A stretch of 50,589 nt of DNA from an uncultured Erysipelotrichaceae bacterium (GTDB lineage: Bacteria > Bacillota_I > Bacilli_A > RF39 > UBA660), in assembly GCA_902767365.1 (NCBI GenBank), contig CACXGX010000046.1, positions 1-50,589 on the forward strand, in the 5' to 3' direction. This document shows positions 50,445 through 50,589 of the stretch, piece by piece. Position 1 is the first letter of the stretch; the number at the start of each line of letters is the position of its first letter. Under the pieces are notes generated by a model, which had not been told where the DNA came from, did no database searches, and saw only the letters and a program-made list of their open reading frames with translations. The translations under genes were made by a program, and so were the position numbers.

Positions 50445-50589
50445 ATTTTGTCTATTTCTTTTTTGAGCGTTTTTAATTCCAGCTTTTTTAGCTTCTCTAC
50501 GTTTATCTCCAGGTTTTACTGCAAATTCTCTTTTCTTGCATTCAGAAGGGACAGATTCTCTTGCCAATTTTTGTTTAAGTCTTCTTAAA
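50436..50589 (-). CDS. rpsU: 30S ribosomal protein S21, 5'-truncated by window edge; not in ORF track
   Basis: LRRLKQKLARESVPSECKKREFAVKPGDKRREAKKA...; rpsU-yqeY synteny. Confidence 0.88.
   Translation of the reverse strand, partial: LRRLKQKLARESVPSECKKREFAVKPGDKRREAKKAGIKNAQKRNRQNRD

Noticed and set aside
1-50589. Wall-less Mollicute with TGA=Trp
   Set aside because: TGA ends genes at expected positions (44493, 48498), Trp is encoded by TGG, and murE is present
1-50589. tRNA, rRNA, riboswitch, IS or prophage
   Set aside because: Intergenic gaps are short or nearly GC-free; no cloverleaf, transposase or phage structural genes recognised

Overview
Very AT-rich chromosomal segment of a walled, probably genome-reduced Bacilli-type bacterium. 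TGA is used as a stop (code 11) and murE is present; gene content resembles uncultured RF39-like Bacilli (inference). It holds about 50 CDS: heat shock (dnaK-pepF-dnaJ), xerD-deoB, DNA repair (rarA, alkD, mutL, uvrC, mutS, recO), RNA modification and translation (mnmA, mtaB, rsmE, miaA, lepA, era, ybeY, rpsU), sporulation-associated homologues (spoIIM, frameshifted spoVB/MurJ-like, ylbJ, yqfC, yqfD), a dispersed type IV pilus set (three prepilins and a PilB/GspE ATPase), an HD-thyX-tmk cluster and several orphans. The best non-coding signal is a 28-bp Firmicutes-type dif site (9701-9728) exactly where gene orientation converges. Next to it are 3 x 29-bp AT-rich tandem repeats and an uncharacterised HTH/coiled-coil gene whose promoter palindrome recurs upstream of a pilin gene. 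Two microproteins and the partial rpsU are missing from the ORF track. No tRNA, rRNA, CRISPR array, transposase or prophage was seen. Family calls come from motif recognition, not database searches.
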